Shown here: one piece after another, positions 38,283 through 53,100 of the stretch
Layout of the letters: each line of letters opens with the position of its first letter
Numbering within the stretch: position 1 is the stretch's first letter
Source of the DNA: a virus
Lineage: Duplodnaviria; Caudoviricetes
IMG/VR virus record: IMGVR_UViG_3300030012_002750
Coordinates: 516-64,515 of that record
Reading direction: 5' to 3' (one strand)
DNA: 64,000 bases
Notes under the pieces: model-generated
The model's database searches: none
What the model saw: only the letters and a program-made list of their open reading frames with translations
Told to the model about the DNA's origin: nothing
Program-made: the position numbers and the translations under genes

Positions 38283-39995
38283 ATGGCTGAAAGTGTTAAA
38301 GATGTATCCGACCAATTAGACCAGTTGCAAAAGCAACTTGAGCAGGTTGGAGTCTTTAGCCAAAACACTACGAAGACCATGGGGTTGTTTGAAAGACAAC
38401 AACTTAAAATTACCACAGCGTTGAAAAAAAGCCCTATCTATGGGTTGGCTCAAACACTTAAAGGATACGCGCAATCTGTATCAAAAGTCACAGCGATAAC
38501 AGGAAAGAATAGCACTATGACAGCAGAACAAAAAGAAAAGTTGCGCGAAAAAATGACAGTAATGGAAAAACTTACTGCCGCGACTATTGGATTTGGTGTT
38601 GCTCAAAAAATAAGCAACAAGTTGTTAGCAGTTTCTAATAATGGATTTACACGGTTGTTAGTATCAGCATTCTCTTTAGTTAGTATTTTCATGATAGTCG
38701 GCTTTGCTTTGGCCGCTTTGTCAATAGCGTTTGATGGTGCTAATAGCCCCATTCTCAAAATGACCGAGGACTTAGGACCACTTCATGATGCGGCGCAAGG
38801 GTTGGTGCTTGTCTTAACGGGAGAAGGAGATGAAGGTGGTTTATCTTCCGCGCTTGATGTTCTTGCTATAAGTCTATTCGCCGCTGGTGCCGCGGCACTT
38901 GTCTTTGGTGGGCCTGTTGGTATAATTGTCGGTGCGCTTACTTTAGCGGTCGGAGCCGCGAGAATATTTTACAATGAGTTTGAAAATCTCTACGGTTCTA
39001 TTCTTGTTGGTGTTGGTGTATTTACAACTTTGATTGGTTCAGTTTTGATGTTAAAAACTGTTTTCGCCGCGTTAAAAGCGGGGACTGTTATCGCAGTTAA
39101 AGGAACAATAGGTGCAGTAGTAGCAGGTATTGGTATGGTCATTGCTGGTATTGGAGGGCTTGTTGCCTTCGCGATGGGTGCTGGTGAAGGTATTAAGGGT
39201 GTTCTTCTCGGTATTGTTAGCGCGGTTCTTGTATTTGTTGGTTTATTATTAGCGGGTGTCGCTTTAATCCCTGCGGCTATCATTGCTGGTATCGCTCTTT
39301 TAATTGCAACTATTATTCGCTATTGGGACGAGATAAAAGCATTCTTAGGTAGTGCTTTAGATTGGTTGATTGGAGCAGGTGCTTTCATTATCAACGGTGT
39401 AATTAGCGGTGGAGCATGGTTAATCAATTCCATAGTGAATATCATAACAGGGGCTATCGGGCTTGTTGTTGGCGCGGTCGTTGCCGCGTTTGTTGGAGTT
39501 ATTAATGTCGGTAAGGGTTTCTTTACATTAATTAAAAATGGTTTTATTGCTGGAATTAAATTCATAGTTGGCTTACCCGGAATGATTCTAAAAGGTATTG
39601 TTGCAGGGTTAAAATCAATCATTAATGCTATAATTGATATTTACAATGGTTTCGCGGATAAAATGACTTTCACAGTTCCGAAGTTAATTCCTAAGATTGG
39701 TGGAACAAAGATTGGATTACCTAAGATACCAAGACTCGCTAAAGGTGGTGTGGTTGATTCAGCAACGCTCGCAATGATTGGTGAAGATGGACCGGAGGCT
39801 GTTGTTCCTCTTAATCGTAAAAACAACCCAAGAGGTATAGGTTTAGGTGGAGGTGAAATAACCGTCAACATCAATGTTGGGGGTGTGACAGACAGAACCG
39901 ATAAGCGCGCATTAGCAAAAGAAATAGGCGACTTGATACGCGCTGAAATGACTCGCGGTGGTCGGTCGCATGGCAATAGGAGGTCAAGTGTATGA
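38283..39995 (+). CDS. Tail tape measure protein
   Basis: N-terminal coiled coil, long Gly/Ala/Ile-rich hydrophobic repeats, C-terminal IPRLAKGGVV..ATLAMIGEDGPEAVVPL. Confidence 0.88.
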   Translation: MAESVKDVSDQLDQLQKQLEQVGVFSQNTTKTMGLFERQQLKITTALKKSPIYGLAQTLKGYAQSVSKVTAITGKNSTMTAEQKEKLREKMTVMEKLTAATIGFGVAQKISNKLLAVSNNGFTRLLVSAFSLVSIFMIVGFALAALSIAFDGANSPILKMTEDLGPLHDAAQGLVLVLTGEGDEGGLSSALDVLAISLFAAGAAALVFGGPVGIIVGALTLAVGAARIFYNEFENLYGSILVGVGVFTTLIGSVLMLKTVFAALKAGTVIAVKGTIGAVVAGIGMVIAGIGGLVAFAMGAGEGIKGVLLGIVSAVLVFVGLLLAGVALIPAAIIAGIALLIATIIRYWDEIKAFLGSALDWLIGAGAFIINGVISGGAWLINSIVNIITGAIGLVVGAVVAAFVGVINVGKGFFTLIKNGFIAGIKFIVGLPGMILKGIVAGLKSIINAIIDIYNGFADKMTFTVPKLIPKIGGTKIGLPKIPRLAKGGVVDSATLAMIGEDGPEAVVPLNRKNNPRGIGLGGGEITVNINVGGVTDRTDKRALAKEIGDLIRAEMTRGGRSHGNRRSSV

Positions 39996-41161
39996 CCAAA
40001 GTTCGATTGATTCGTAATGATGGTGAGGTGTTAGTAGTTGATGCTACGGACTATTCTCTTAACATAACAAGAGCCGTTCCTGTTATGCCTGTTCCTGTTC
40101 TCGGTGAAAGATACGCGATTGATTTAAACATGGTTACAGCAGATTTCAAACTCAATGTCATACTTGCTGATGACGATTGCGCGGCTGTTGAAAACTTACC
40201 AACTGCGGCATCAGCAAATATAGATTTTAGCGCGTTAGCCAATAGTGATGGTGGAGTTCAGCAAGCATATATGTCAAGCGGGACTGTATCGGTTAATGAT
40301 TTGCACAATAACTTTTTTGAAATTCATTCAAGTTATACAGGAGAAAGCACCATTCGCCCTCCCGTCCGTATCAAATTCAACAAAAACTCCGCTGGACACA
40401 GTGCATCAAATACACCATCAACTGTCCTTGTTGGTATTCAAGGTATCACAACAGACAATGCTTTAGCGGCGGCTGTAAAAACTGCATGTGAAGCGGCTAA
40501 TTTTACGCAACAACTGACGACTGCTGGTGGAACATCATTCAGTAGCGCATTTACTATCAAAGTAAGCAATGGTGTTTTGACAAATAATGCGAGATTAACA
40601 TTTACACAAACAGAAGCAGGGTTCGCTGGCAATAACGCAACACCAGTTTTCAATAGAGGATTTACTTCTGTCAAACCTTTGTTTGATGAATTTGCTGGTG
40701 GTTCTAACAAATCTTGTCGTAGCGCGGGAGATAAGTTGCAAGACCTCATCGCGTATGTAGGAAACGCGAGTCTTCTTGGTGCCTCCGGTTCTGCTCTTGG
40801 TGGTCGCGCTGACCCCGATGATTCTAATTCTTTAATTGAGGCTGATGTGAGTTTGTCGGATAAGCAAACCGCGGATTACATAGTTGGTATTCAAGTGCCT
40901 TACAACTCTATGATTACAAGCACATCGGCTAATGACGATTACATAGAGCGCAATCTTATCATGATTACAGGAAGAAGCGACGCGAATCAACAAGACGCGT
41001 TAGCCAACACTCTTGATGTTGGAGTTGTATTTGACCCAACTAACAAATATACAGGTATTGCCGGAACAGTAGTCGCAATGTCTATGAGTTATATTGCCGG
41101 AGAAAATGTGTATGAAGGCTCTTTGACTTTCATGCCAGCAGATTTCATAGTGGGGAGTTAA
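39992..41161 (+). CDS. Putative distal tail/baseplate protein
   Basis: Directly after the tape measure; beta-rich with a central Thr/Ser/Ala-rich insertion. Confidence 0.55.
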   Translation: MTKVRLIRNDGEVLVVDATDYSLNITRAVPVMPVPVLGERYAIDLNMVTADFKLNVILADDDCAAVENLPTAASANIDFSALANSDGGVQQAYMSSGTVSVNDLHNNFFEIHSSYTGESTIRPPVRIKFNKNSAGHSASNTPSTVLVGIQGITTDNALAAAVKTACEAANFTQQLTTAGGTSFSSAFTIKVSNGVLTNNARLTFTQTEAGFAGNNATPVFNRGFTSVKPLFDEFAGGSNKSCRSAGDKLQDLIAYVGNASLLGASGSALGGRADPDDSNSLIEADVSLSDKQTADYIVGIQVPYNSMITSTSANDDYIERNLIMITGRSDANQQDALANTLDVGVVFDPTNKYTGIAGTVVAMSMSYIAGENVYEGSLTFMPADFIVGS

Positions 41162-41162
41162 G

Positions 41163-44100
41163 ATGACGGTTATTACTCATTCAACTCATGCTATGTTTTT
41201 CAATGGCATCAGCGATAGTGTAGTTTGTCCTCAAGGAATTTTTACCAAAACTGGTCATAAGCGCGAGATATATGGCGGGGTTGCTCGCTCTTCTGCGCCT
41301 ATATTACAAGACGACGACGGCCACCGTTTTGCTAACGCAAATAACCAAACGCTGGGTAAATTCACAGTTGAGGCTTGGGTATCTCCCGATTGCGGTGGTA
41401 TAATCGCAAGTAAAGATGAACTGTTTGAATTGCGTATGGGGACAATTGATGCTCCGGGTGTTGCATCTTTTAAAGTTCAATTTAGCAACGGTGTTACAGC
41501 AATTGCTTCAAGCGCGAATAATTATCCGACAGCGGCGGCAAGTTTTGTTAGGAATGATGTTGGATACAATAAAGGACAGCGCGAATTATATCACATATCG
41601 GGAGAGTTCAACGGTGAACAGGTTAAACTATATGTCAATGGAGAATTGATGGCTTCACATAAAATGAACAAAAAATACACATGTAATCTCAACGACCAAG
41701 ATTTTTACATTGGTGGTAAAGGTGGAGAGTATCGCGGATACATAGAGTCTGTTCAATGGAAAAATGATGTATCAACAATGGAAAGTCGGACTAAGCCTTT
41801 GATGTTGTCGAACAGCACTATTGGTCTTTGGCGATTTGAAGAACCAGTTGAGGTTGATGATGATGTTTTTTACATCACATCAAATGTTAACGCTGGTGAT
41901 ACTACAATTACGATAGGAGCCGCCGCGTGTCAATCATTATACGAAACAGTAAGTGGTAAATCCGGCACACTGTTTACTACTTATACTCTTGAAAGTCTTG
42001 GTAATTATCAAGTTGCTAACGCCGCTCATAGCGGTGGTGCGCAAGTTATTGAAGTTCCGCACACGATGTTTAATTTAATTATCAACCCAACAGGAACCGA
42101 TGTATTATCTCAACAACCTAACGGTTCACCACCGGAGCGTGTGCGTCTTAAATCAATCAATCCTCTCGGAACAATCACCGTTGAAAGCATACATCTTGAT
42201 TTCAGTGTATCAACAGACACAGGTGCGCGTGGTGTTTTACATTCGCGCACAGCATTCAACAGCGGTAATAACCTCGCTAATGACTCCGCGATGGTTTTGG
42301 TGCGCTCGGATTTATTGATTGATGGTGAAACAGGCAAGCCGTATCAAAGAATTGGGACAGCAAGCCAAGCCATTGATAGAACAGGTGCAATGGTTATTGA
42401 TGAAAGCCCAAATGAATTTCATGGTTTTTTATATTCAAGAAGTCTTGCCGTTGGTAATAATTTTTCACCCGCTTCTTGGACTATCGCGGAGCGTTTCAAA
42501 TCCGGTCATACTGGCCGTCATAAATACACACATAGAGAAGGACACCCTTACCTTCATTTGCTACCACCTATACACGAACAGGAGTTAACAAGAACTATTG
42601 ACGGTATATCCGATGACGCGCTGATTACATTTGCGGGTAGTTATATTGGTTTAAAATCAGCAATACCAATCAATAGCAAAGCCTTTGTTTCGCACACAGC
42701 ATTTAACGGGAAAATAATGAAAGTTAAAACATCGGCTACAACTAACGGTGTTGTTCGTAATGGTCTTGCTTCTATTGATGCTCACCGCGATGGTATAATC
42801 GCAATATCAGTTGATGATATTGAGCCATTTTTATTAAAGGGTGGAGGTATAGGTGTTAATTCACAATCGGATAGTCAATACATAAACCATCTTACACCGG
42901 AAAAAGATTCGCGTGTTGCTATCCTTGAAGTGGCGGGTTTGACCGCTAAATATGTTGAGATTCATTATAACGCTATTGACCTCACAGGAGGTAAAATGGG
43001 GTTAGCAAATCCAGCAATTCTTGTCGAGAAAACAGTCCCCGATGGTGGTTGTTTATTAGATGGTAAAAGAGTTGCCGCGCATATCGCTGATGCTGTTGGT
43101 GCTGGCGCGACAATACATTCTCCGGGCGGTATCATTACTGCTTCACCGCAAGATGTGGGCGATGCTCAAGTTGCTATGAAACCTCACCATCTCGTAGGAG
43201 ATAACGCAGGTGGGTTTGATTATGAAAAGGGATTGAATGAATCATTTTTACCATCTGCATATACACCTCGTAGCACAGGTGACGAACCTAATAAGCCACC
43301 ACAAGGGGTAGCAACAACAACTCACCCATCAGTATATCACAGAATACATATTCAACCAATGCAAAGAAGTGCAAGCGACCCACCAATAAATGAAGCACCA
43401 ACTCACTATCAAGAGAGTGTTCAGTTTGCTTCACAGAAAGGTGGGGCGTTTGAGATGTTTGATGTGATTGATAACAATAAGCAAGGTGATTCATATATTT
43501 TTATTGTTCAGCCGAGTAAGCGCGAAAGAACAATGCAATTGTCGCGAACAACACCTGCTACAATTGATTCTAACGATTGCACTTTCTTTACAATTGAGTA
43601 TATTCAATCAACCGTAAGAGTAGTTTCAATGCAGGTAAATGATACAGGCGCGGGTCGTTATTTAGTTATGGAGGGGCAAGGTATGATGAGTGATGTGTCC
43701 GACCAAACAGTATCTTATGGTGGTGATGGCAGTCGTGATTCTCATATCGTCAAAGAAATACAACCGGGCGCACCTGTTGTATCTGTTACTCTTGGTGGTG
43801 CGGGTCAAGGTGCTATCAATACAAAACCATCATGGGACCCTGCATCTATATCGCGCGTTGGTTGGAATACTCGACAGACTTGTGCAGTTAGAGTTGCCAG
43901 TTTTGATACTACGGCAAACACAATAACAGTAATTACACTAAACAATAAAGCGCGACACATTGGTTCGATGCAATCAACTTCTTGGGGAACATATTGTTTT
44001 CCAGCGACAGGTCGCATATATTTACCGAATGGTGCAAATGCTGAATATACATCTAAAACTGGTTCAGCATTTACATTCCCTGCATTCTCAACACTCTCAC

Positions 44101-47100
44101 AAAGAAAATTCATTCTTCAAGATGGAAATCCTGTTGCAAATTTGGCTGATTGGATTGCTAAAAGTCAACTTACTGCTGATACAGGAATAATATTACTTGA
44201 CCCACACTTTGACTCAACTTCGGTATGCGCTGATGGAACTACTATTAACGATAGATTGTTTCAATCAATAAGTTCAGTCAATCACGATTATCAATTAGGA
44301 ACTCAATACGCAAGCACACGCGCGCTTGTTGAGATACCTTTATTTCCCAATCAATTTTTTGAAGACCGCGATGCTGGAATATTCCCCGGACCGGACAACA
44401 GCATGAAATTACATCTTGATGCAACTATGACTGCTCAAGCATGGAATCCTTCACCAGTTGGTCGTCGCGCAAATGGGCGACGAGCGTTAGACTACGAAGC
44501 AGTTGGTCATTATCAATATAATATTTCACCATCTGTAAGAGCAACTATTACACAAATGACAAGAAACCCATCAACTAATACTGTAACAGTTGATACAACG
44601 GGTAAAGTTCCAGTTTCAAGTTTTGACAGCGGTGCTGATGTTAAAGGTATAAGCACGCGAAGAACAAGAAGGATTGTATTAGGAAATGGAGAATGGGCTT
44701 ATTACGAAAGTAGTGGAACTGAAACTTTAACACTAAGCAATAAATCATCTTATTCAAGCGAAAATTTCTTTTCGAGTGTTCAAGTCGGCTCACAAGTTAT
44801 AGTCGGGCAATTACCTAATGATACTCTTGCTCAACTCACAGGTAATGTTTCACACACTTCATCTGCTCAAGAGTATCGTCGTCCATTTTATTATGACCGC
44901 GGTAGCGTTATGACACAAGGTGGTAATCTTGATTATGGTTTGCGACAATATGTTAGCGCGGTTGAGTTTAAGGCTGGACCAACTGCAAACCCGCATGTAG
45001 CAAGAATACAATCTAAAAACGCAAGGTTGACATTGCTTTCTCAAATCGCAGGTAATAATTATAGATTTACTGGTAATTTACCAAAAGGTAAATTGCCTAC
45101 AAATTATAAATTCGCGGCAATAAATGAATCAACGGGTCGTAAATATGCCATAGAATATAATTCATCAACAGGTCCTACTCAAATAACAATAGACCCTCAC
45201 CCAATTTTAGATTCAACAGCACCAGCAATAGGCGCGTTATCAACAACAGCGGACACCGTTTTGACATTACTTGGTATATATTCAACTTCTGCTACGACAC
45301 TACCGTTAAAAATTGAAGATGGTATAGCAAATCAAACTTGGAATAACCCTTATTGTCCCGGCGGTCTTCGCTATGGTGATACTGTTTGGGCGAATATGCA
45401 TTACACTAACCCTCATGCGATAGAGGGTTTGTTTGCTAAATCTCGCGGTGTCTATAACGAGTATGAAGTATGGCGTGGTTTTAATGGTGGTAAAGGTGAA
45501 TTGGGAGTTGAAGCACGCGATACTCTTCCGCTTGAAAATTTCCTTATTGGCGATACTTGTCTTGAAACTGCTCGCAATTATGTTCAACATGTAAACAAGA
45601 CCATTGAACTTAATTGGACTGAATTAGGTCATACAAACACACCACCTATTGTTGCATACCTTGACCCGTATCTAAGCACAGAAACACATGCGCGTGTGTT
45701 GCTTTACGATGTAGCACACGACCGTGAATTTATCGCGTTCCATGATTTACACATGCAAGTTCAAACAAGCGCGATAACCCCAACAATCAACGGGCTTGAT
45801 GTAGCGGCAGGGTTTAGGACACAAAGAAAAGATAAAATATTAAAGACAACAACACATACACAAACAATTCATTCTGCTTCATATACTTACGAAGACGGTG
45901 ATGGTAAATCTCACTTTGTTGAAGGTGCATACGCTCACCGTAGTTGGTATTTGATGGACGAAAGTATGTTAGTCACAAGCGGTGGAGCAACGCTTCAATT
46001 CAACCGACCCAGCAGAAACACACCCCATCATATTCAATTCGGTAGCGAAACGAGTCGTTATGGACACGGTAGGTTAGAGCAATCAACTGTTGATAGTCGC
46101 GTTCAAGTTGGTTGGACTACTGTTGGGGATGCAGAATTAAGACATGCTGAAACTATACCCTACGAAGAATCCGAAGATGTCCAACAAAATACTATTGACA
46201 GAACAAGATTTTATGCTACTTTCTTTGATACACCCGAAGGGACGCGTGTTATATCAGCGTTCCTTTGTTTGAAAGGAAAACGCGCTACAAAAAATGATGC
46301 AAGAGAGCATTACGAAGACAGGTTGCAACATCTTGAGCATTGGACAAATATGGACTTTGTTCGCCGTCTTACGATTGATATGGGCGAAATTGGTTTAAAA
46401 GAAGGTGTCACAGATATAGAAGCGGCGGCGCGAGAAGTTGTCCGTATGATTAATCAAGGCGGTGCTGAAAACGGTCGTAGTAGTCAAAGACGACCCTCCG
46501 ACCAATATCCGGGTGAAGGAGAAAGATTTGACATAAACCGTCGCTCTATTTCAGTTGGTGGAACGGATACAGAAGAGCCAACAGATGCAACAGCCGCGCA
46601 TCAACATGCTGATTTTGCCGTCACAGGTTCAACATACGACCCCGCGCCATTTTGGTTAGATACTGCATTTACATCTTTTGACCGAGGTTCACACATGGGT
46701 TATGTTCGCGCACATTTGGGTCGTGTTGTTGAAGATGCTAATGGTAATGAAGGATATAGTATTGTAATCCACAGCACAGTTCCGGGTGCTACATCAAGAA
46801 ACTTTTGCGTTTGGTTAGACAATAGTAAATCTCAAGCGGAATATAAACCACAATTCCTCATTGGTCATGGTGGCCGATTCCGTAATTTTTACTGCCGACC
46901 TCCCGAACTGGCAGGTGAAAACATGCACCCTGCGCCTATGCCCATTGACAAAAATGGAAAACCGTTTGCTCCTATTACTACACTAAGAGAGTATGTTTCA
47001 TTAGATGAAGACTCCGATGAATTATTTATTAATACACATCTTGGGTTTGGTGCTAACTACAATAATGCTTACACAGGTGATACAGCCAATACAGGAGCAA

Positions 47101-50100
47101 CAACTGGTCGCGCATCAAATACTGGAAACATGGAGTCGTTTGAAAATTCCGGTCAAAAATATACTATTCGCGAGGGATTACAAACTGGAACTCACGCTTA
47201 TGGAAGAGTTAACTTTGGTGGTATAGTAGCCGCAGGTATTCCCGGTTTTGCTCCCGATGCTGGGAAATGGGGTTTTGGTGAAAACAGCAAATCTAATTCT
47301 CGTTTTACATCGTCTATATATGGTAATTATATTGCCGCTGATAGCGAAACGGGTCTTTACGCTAATTACTCATTATATGCACCTTCGATAGAAACAGACG
47401 ATGATGCTATCGGCACTTCCAGTCTTTACGGTATGAAATTAGTTGACCATCGTGGTAAATCTCACATACTTAGATATATTTATAGACGCGCTGGTGAATC
47501 TTTTTCTCACAAAAATGCTCTTATGCCTAAGACTATTGATGAAGAAACGCTAATTTATTTTGACGACCGCGATATTGCGCAAGGTGGATTTACAATAGGA
47601 ACTAATATGTGGGGTATTGGTAATGACGGAACACCTTTCTTTTATACACCATCAGTCAACACAAACGGGTGGAGAGGAAATGTATGGCGTGGTGTCCACA
47701 CACCTAACGCCGGATACGCTGTGTCAATTGACCCTGCAACAGCGGCTAATACATTGACATTGAAAGCAGGGACAAATTATGGGTATCATGGCGGTGGTAT
47801 ATGGCATGTTTTACCCGAAGACGACCCAACTGCAAATGTTAGAGATATGCTCGGTCATTTAGGATTCCCCGATAGTGGTTTGATATGGTTAGCAATACCA
47901 AACTCAACCCCCAACGCTTATGAACACACAGGAGTTGTTTTTTCTTACGCATCGCGAACACACAACGGTCGCGGTGGGCCACATTCTTTCTTTGGACTAC
48001 AAGGTGTTGATGCAAACACCATAGCGGCATCTTGGTTCCCCGACCAAAATAGATGTGGGCCAACAGGTATTACAGACGCGCGTATTCCTGTTATCTTAAG
48101 TCCCCATCTTAACCAAACAACTATTATTACAGATGAATTGATTGCCGCGGCAACTAATTACGCGTTTAATGTTGACCCTAACGAAGATAACCAATTCTTT
48201 GATTGTAGCGATTTGCGCGCACCCGATGGTCGCACATACGGTGAAATACTTGGAGATAATGCGCAGACTGCTGTTAAAATAACCAAGTTCAACCAAAATA
48301 AACAAATTACACCCCTCGGTGATATGTTCACAACAACTTTATCGCGAGATTGGGGACTTCATGCGAGTAGTATGGAGTCGGCACCAATACAAGCAGACTT
48401 CGGCTCACAAACATCAATATTCGGAGGTGCGGGTCAATACGGTGGTGCAGATGCCATCTTAGACAAGTCAAAGGCTCATGGTGATTTTGGTTATTTGCCT
48501 TACACATTGTTGCAAATCAAAACGCGTTTCAAAGGTAGTAATGCTAATACTGCAACACCAATATTTATTGACCAAACAAATAATGCTATTTCAACTGATG
48601 AATGGAAAAAACATTTACGCGGTGAAAAATTTACAAGATACAAAGGCGACCATATTACCCCATCGCTTGAATCTTCAACATATACTATTATTGCTTTCGA
48701 CGGTGCTGTTCCAAGTTCAGCCTTACCCGCTGGAACCGCCTATGACACTTATCAAGTTCATTTCCGCGACCCTGCTCATTTTGCTGTCCTTGGTCGTCAA
48801 TATGCATGGCAATTGCAACACATTAGCGGTGGAACAAATCTCAATCAAGAAACTGTAACAACTAATTTTGGTGGTAAAATAGATGGTTCATGGACACCGT
48901 TTAGACGAATGGAATTAGATGAAGATACTTATTTATATGCCGCGGCACTAAGCCCTATATTAGACCCAAAAGATGCTGACAGAAGTGTATTGGCTTGGAA
49001 ACATGTTGATTCAAAAGGTGATTTTAAAGATAAATTGGTCGCTGGTGAGATTTTACAACCTTTCAAATTTGATAATGATATTCAAGGATTAAGATTGAAT
49101 GGTAATATTCACGGAAACCCAACAGTTTATTTCCGCGGTGCGCAAGATAGTGTTGACCATCATGTTCCGCTTTACTTTGGTGGTGGTTTTAGCGGTGTCG
49201 TAATGGACATTAACGACGGCTCTCGCGTTGATTATTCAACTCACAACAAACACCCATACGCTAAGGGGCCGACTGGTAGTGCTGGATTGCAAGACATAGG
49301 TGAAAAAATGGGAGCATACGCGCTTCTTGACACCACAGCAATGTTCGCTATGTTCCCCGGAACTATACTTGCAAATCAACATCGTGGTGAAGCAAGCCCA
49401 CCATTTGCTAATCAAGATGCTCTTCTTAGCCCCGACATTGATGGTAATACAAATACTCACACTATACCTAATACAACTTACACTAATGTAAAAATAGCAA
49501 AACCAACACCTATCGTTCTTCGCTTTGCTCACCCATACGCGCGATATGATGATTCAGTTAATAGCGTGGCTTACATGATATTTGGTCCGGGTCAAGCAGT
49601 TCCTAAACATTGGAGCGGTGAAAGTGCTACCTTGACAACATCAGTTGAACCTTCGGCTAAATGGACTGTGGCTAATAAAATATATACCGCGCTTGATGGA
49701 ATAGTTGGAACAACATATAACGCTGGTGTTGAGTCGGGACATTTCTTACCGAATGAATTAAGCAATACTAATTTAGATGGTGGAGGGCATCAATTTTTAC
49801 CAATGACAGACGCTTACGGTGCTAAAAATATATTACCATATAGGGCATGTCGGCATTGGGAACCTTCCTATGGTTCACCAAACACTAATTGGAATAACAC
49901 ATTAGCCACAGAATCAAGATATTCACATTCTCATTATTTCAAATCAACGGGAGCAAGCGGAAATACACATTCGCAATACGCTCACCCATTTACCAATTAC
50001 AAAGCACAAACATTATTCACAAACAGTTCATTTCATGTTAGTGGGTTAATTTATCATCTTGAAGGTGGATACACCGCTGGTGGTTCATGGTTTGATAATA

Positions 50101-53100
50101 GCGTTAGAAAAAACCCACCACACCCTGTAAGCGCAACGCTGGTCAATTCAGCAAACGCGGCTGTTCAATACATTGATAGAATCGGTTTGAATGCTACAAT
50201 GTTCCGTGTTGGTTCACAAGTTTTAACAGATTATGACCATGATTTAGACGCGGCTGTTCCCGATGATGTGTTTTTAATTGATGCAACGCGTTGTCAAAAC
50301 AGCGAAGAATTAGGTGCAGTTGTCGCGTCGGCAATTAATACATGGCCGGGTCGCGCTAATCTTAAGGCACTTGGTGGAACTTTCTTACCGTCATTTCAAG
50401 ATGCCCAAAGACAAGATAGATATGCTTGGATTGAGGTTGCGAATTTTGATAGTTATACACCTGTTTCTAATGACGGCACCGGAATCGTAAGTGTTGTGGG
50501 TGCTAAATTACCAATGAATCTACCGGAGTTTGGTTGGATTCGCTTATCTAATGGAACCAAAACTTACTTTGGATATTACGCACACTACGATAGAACAAAT
50601 GGAACATTCATACTCGGCAGTCTTCAACACAGACATGGTTTTGGAAGATTGGAAGAGGCTGATTTTGGTGGCGCAGGTGGTGGGAATGCGGGTGCTGGTG
50701 TGAGTGGCGCACTTGATACTTCGGCTGGTGCATTGAAAGTGTTTGTTTGGTCTAAGGCTGGCAATTTGCGATGGGATAATGGATTTCAAAATGCAACAGA
50801 CGGAATACGCTCAACAAGTGCTACAAGCGAGGGTGAAGCATCTAATAGCCCATTTGACCATTATGCGACAACACAAGTTCATTTCAACGGTGCCACCGAT
50901 GCCATAGATAGAACACGCGCGGTTGGTGCTGTTGGTTGGCATGGTGAGCGTTATTCTATGTTGAACAGTTTGACTATCACAGATGATGGTCCGAAAGTAG
51001 CATCGGGTCTTGGTCCGTGGCTTCCGGCATTAGGATTTACACCATACGGTGCCGCTACCACTTGTCATTATCAAAATTCAATAGAATGGGATTTGTTAAA
51101 AGTAAACGGAGAAGAACAAGAAGGAAATTGGGTTCCAAAGACAGGAATAAATCAAGCATTTGGGCTTCACCAACGCCATTTTATTGTTGTATCATACGAA
51201 GGAGATTTACCTATTATCGCTAAAGCATCGCGCAACGGTCAACAAACTTGTGGTGATATGTTACAACTTAAATGGTCTTCAAGCACACAAGGTGGAACAG
51301 TTGTTGCGTATCACAATGAGCGATTCAACAATGACCGATATAGTGCTGAATCAAATGCTGGACCACATGTTGAGGCTATGACTGACCCTGCTATGACACC
51401 ACCTGCCGAACTTGACGAAGGAGTAAGTGAAGCCGAAGTTGAAGCCGCGTCGTTGTGGACATCGGCGGCGGCAACATCATTAGCGCAAGCAGAAACTTGT
51501 TTATATCCAACAGGGGATTTGTTCTACAACATAAATGAAAATAGAAACAAGGATAGAAATTACCCAGCCGATAAGATATTTGATAATGAAGCGGTAACAG
51601 TTAGTAATCAAGGATACGAAACTTACTTTGAACACCGCTCAAAAATATACAACCATTGGAAAACAAGAAACGCGGCTCGCAATTTCTTTACTGAACATGT
51701 AGTATGGAAGCGTATGGGTGGTGGTAATGTCACATTACCTGCTCAAAACGCGCGTGGGCTTGGTTCTATTCCATGGCAGGTTCACAAAGTTGGTAGTGAA
51801 TACATTAAGTTTGGAGAAACAATATACGGCAATGTTCGCTTCTCGTTTGAAACAACCAACGCCGCTATGTATCCAATTATACAAGCCCAAGAGTTAGCAC
51901 ACCCAGCGTTGGCTGAACAATTCCCTTACGAAGTAAGAAATGCATTAACAATACCCAACGAAGAAATGCAATTTGAAGAAATACCAGTTGTTGATGATAC
52001 AGGACAAGAACACAAGTTACCCGGTGGTTCACCGCTTGGTATTATTATTCGCGATTATGAATTAATACAAGACCGGGAAAATGAAGGTCTTGCACCCGCA
52101 GTTGCCGGTTCGGGTGTATCACCTAACATGGAAATACAATTACCCGACCACGATGAGATACCGGGCAACATTCTTGTTCGCGCAGGTTTTGATAGATTAC
52201 AAGCATATCAACACGAAACGCTTGGTAGTGGTGGTCTGCAACAACCATCGCAACCATCAAATGTCGTTAGAGAATCATTTACTTCGGACGGTTCACGACC
52301 GCGAACAGAACCTTATTGGGAGCAAGACGGTTATGAACACATCAATCAAAATCCAAACAACTTCCCCGATAGCAACAATACTTTACAATCCGAGAACATT
52401 CTTGAAACATCATACGAACCTCACGACCGCGCGTTGTATTTCCATGTAACTAAGATGGGATACACTTACACTGAACGCGAACCATTGGCTATCATTAACA
52501 ATGCTATGACGGTCAATCGTCTTACAATTGACACCATAGGAACTAACACTATTACCGCGAAAGAAACCATCATGGCTGATATTTGGAAACAAGACCCTAC
52601 ACCCGATGGACGCTACTTCCTTTCAGTCAATGGAACAATTGCTTCATTTACAAATGTTAGCGGTAAGCAATTCACAGGTGTTGTTTTTGCACCGGATTTC
52701 ACAGCCAAAGAAAACAATCAAATCAAACCATCATTCTATATCCCCGCTGGTTCAACAAGACAATTTGCGGCACGCAGATTGCGCGACCATGCAGAAGTAA
52801 GCGGCAACAGCCCCGACAAACCACACACTGATTGGATTGGGGTGTCTGCTGGAACAAGCCCTGCGACCGCTGTGCGCGCGGCTAACAAACTTACACCTAT
52901 GCCACTACCGCGTATGGGGCATCATTATGTTATGCCAACTATGTCTGTGATGCCCGGACATCTTGCTCACCCTCAATATCAGCAAATATATCAAGCAAAC
53001 CGCGCTTGCTATGGAGTAATTAAATATGATTCAACACAAGATATTTACAACAATGTTTTGTGGTTTTCAAGCCCTACCGCATCCCACCCACCAAGTGATA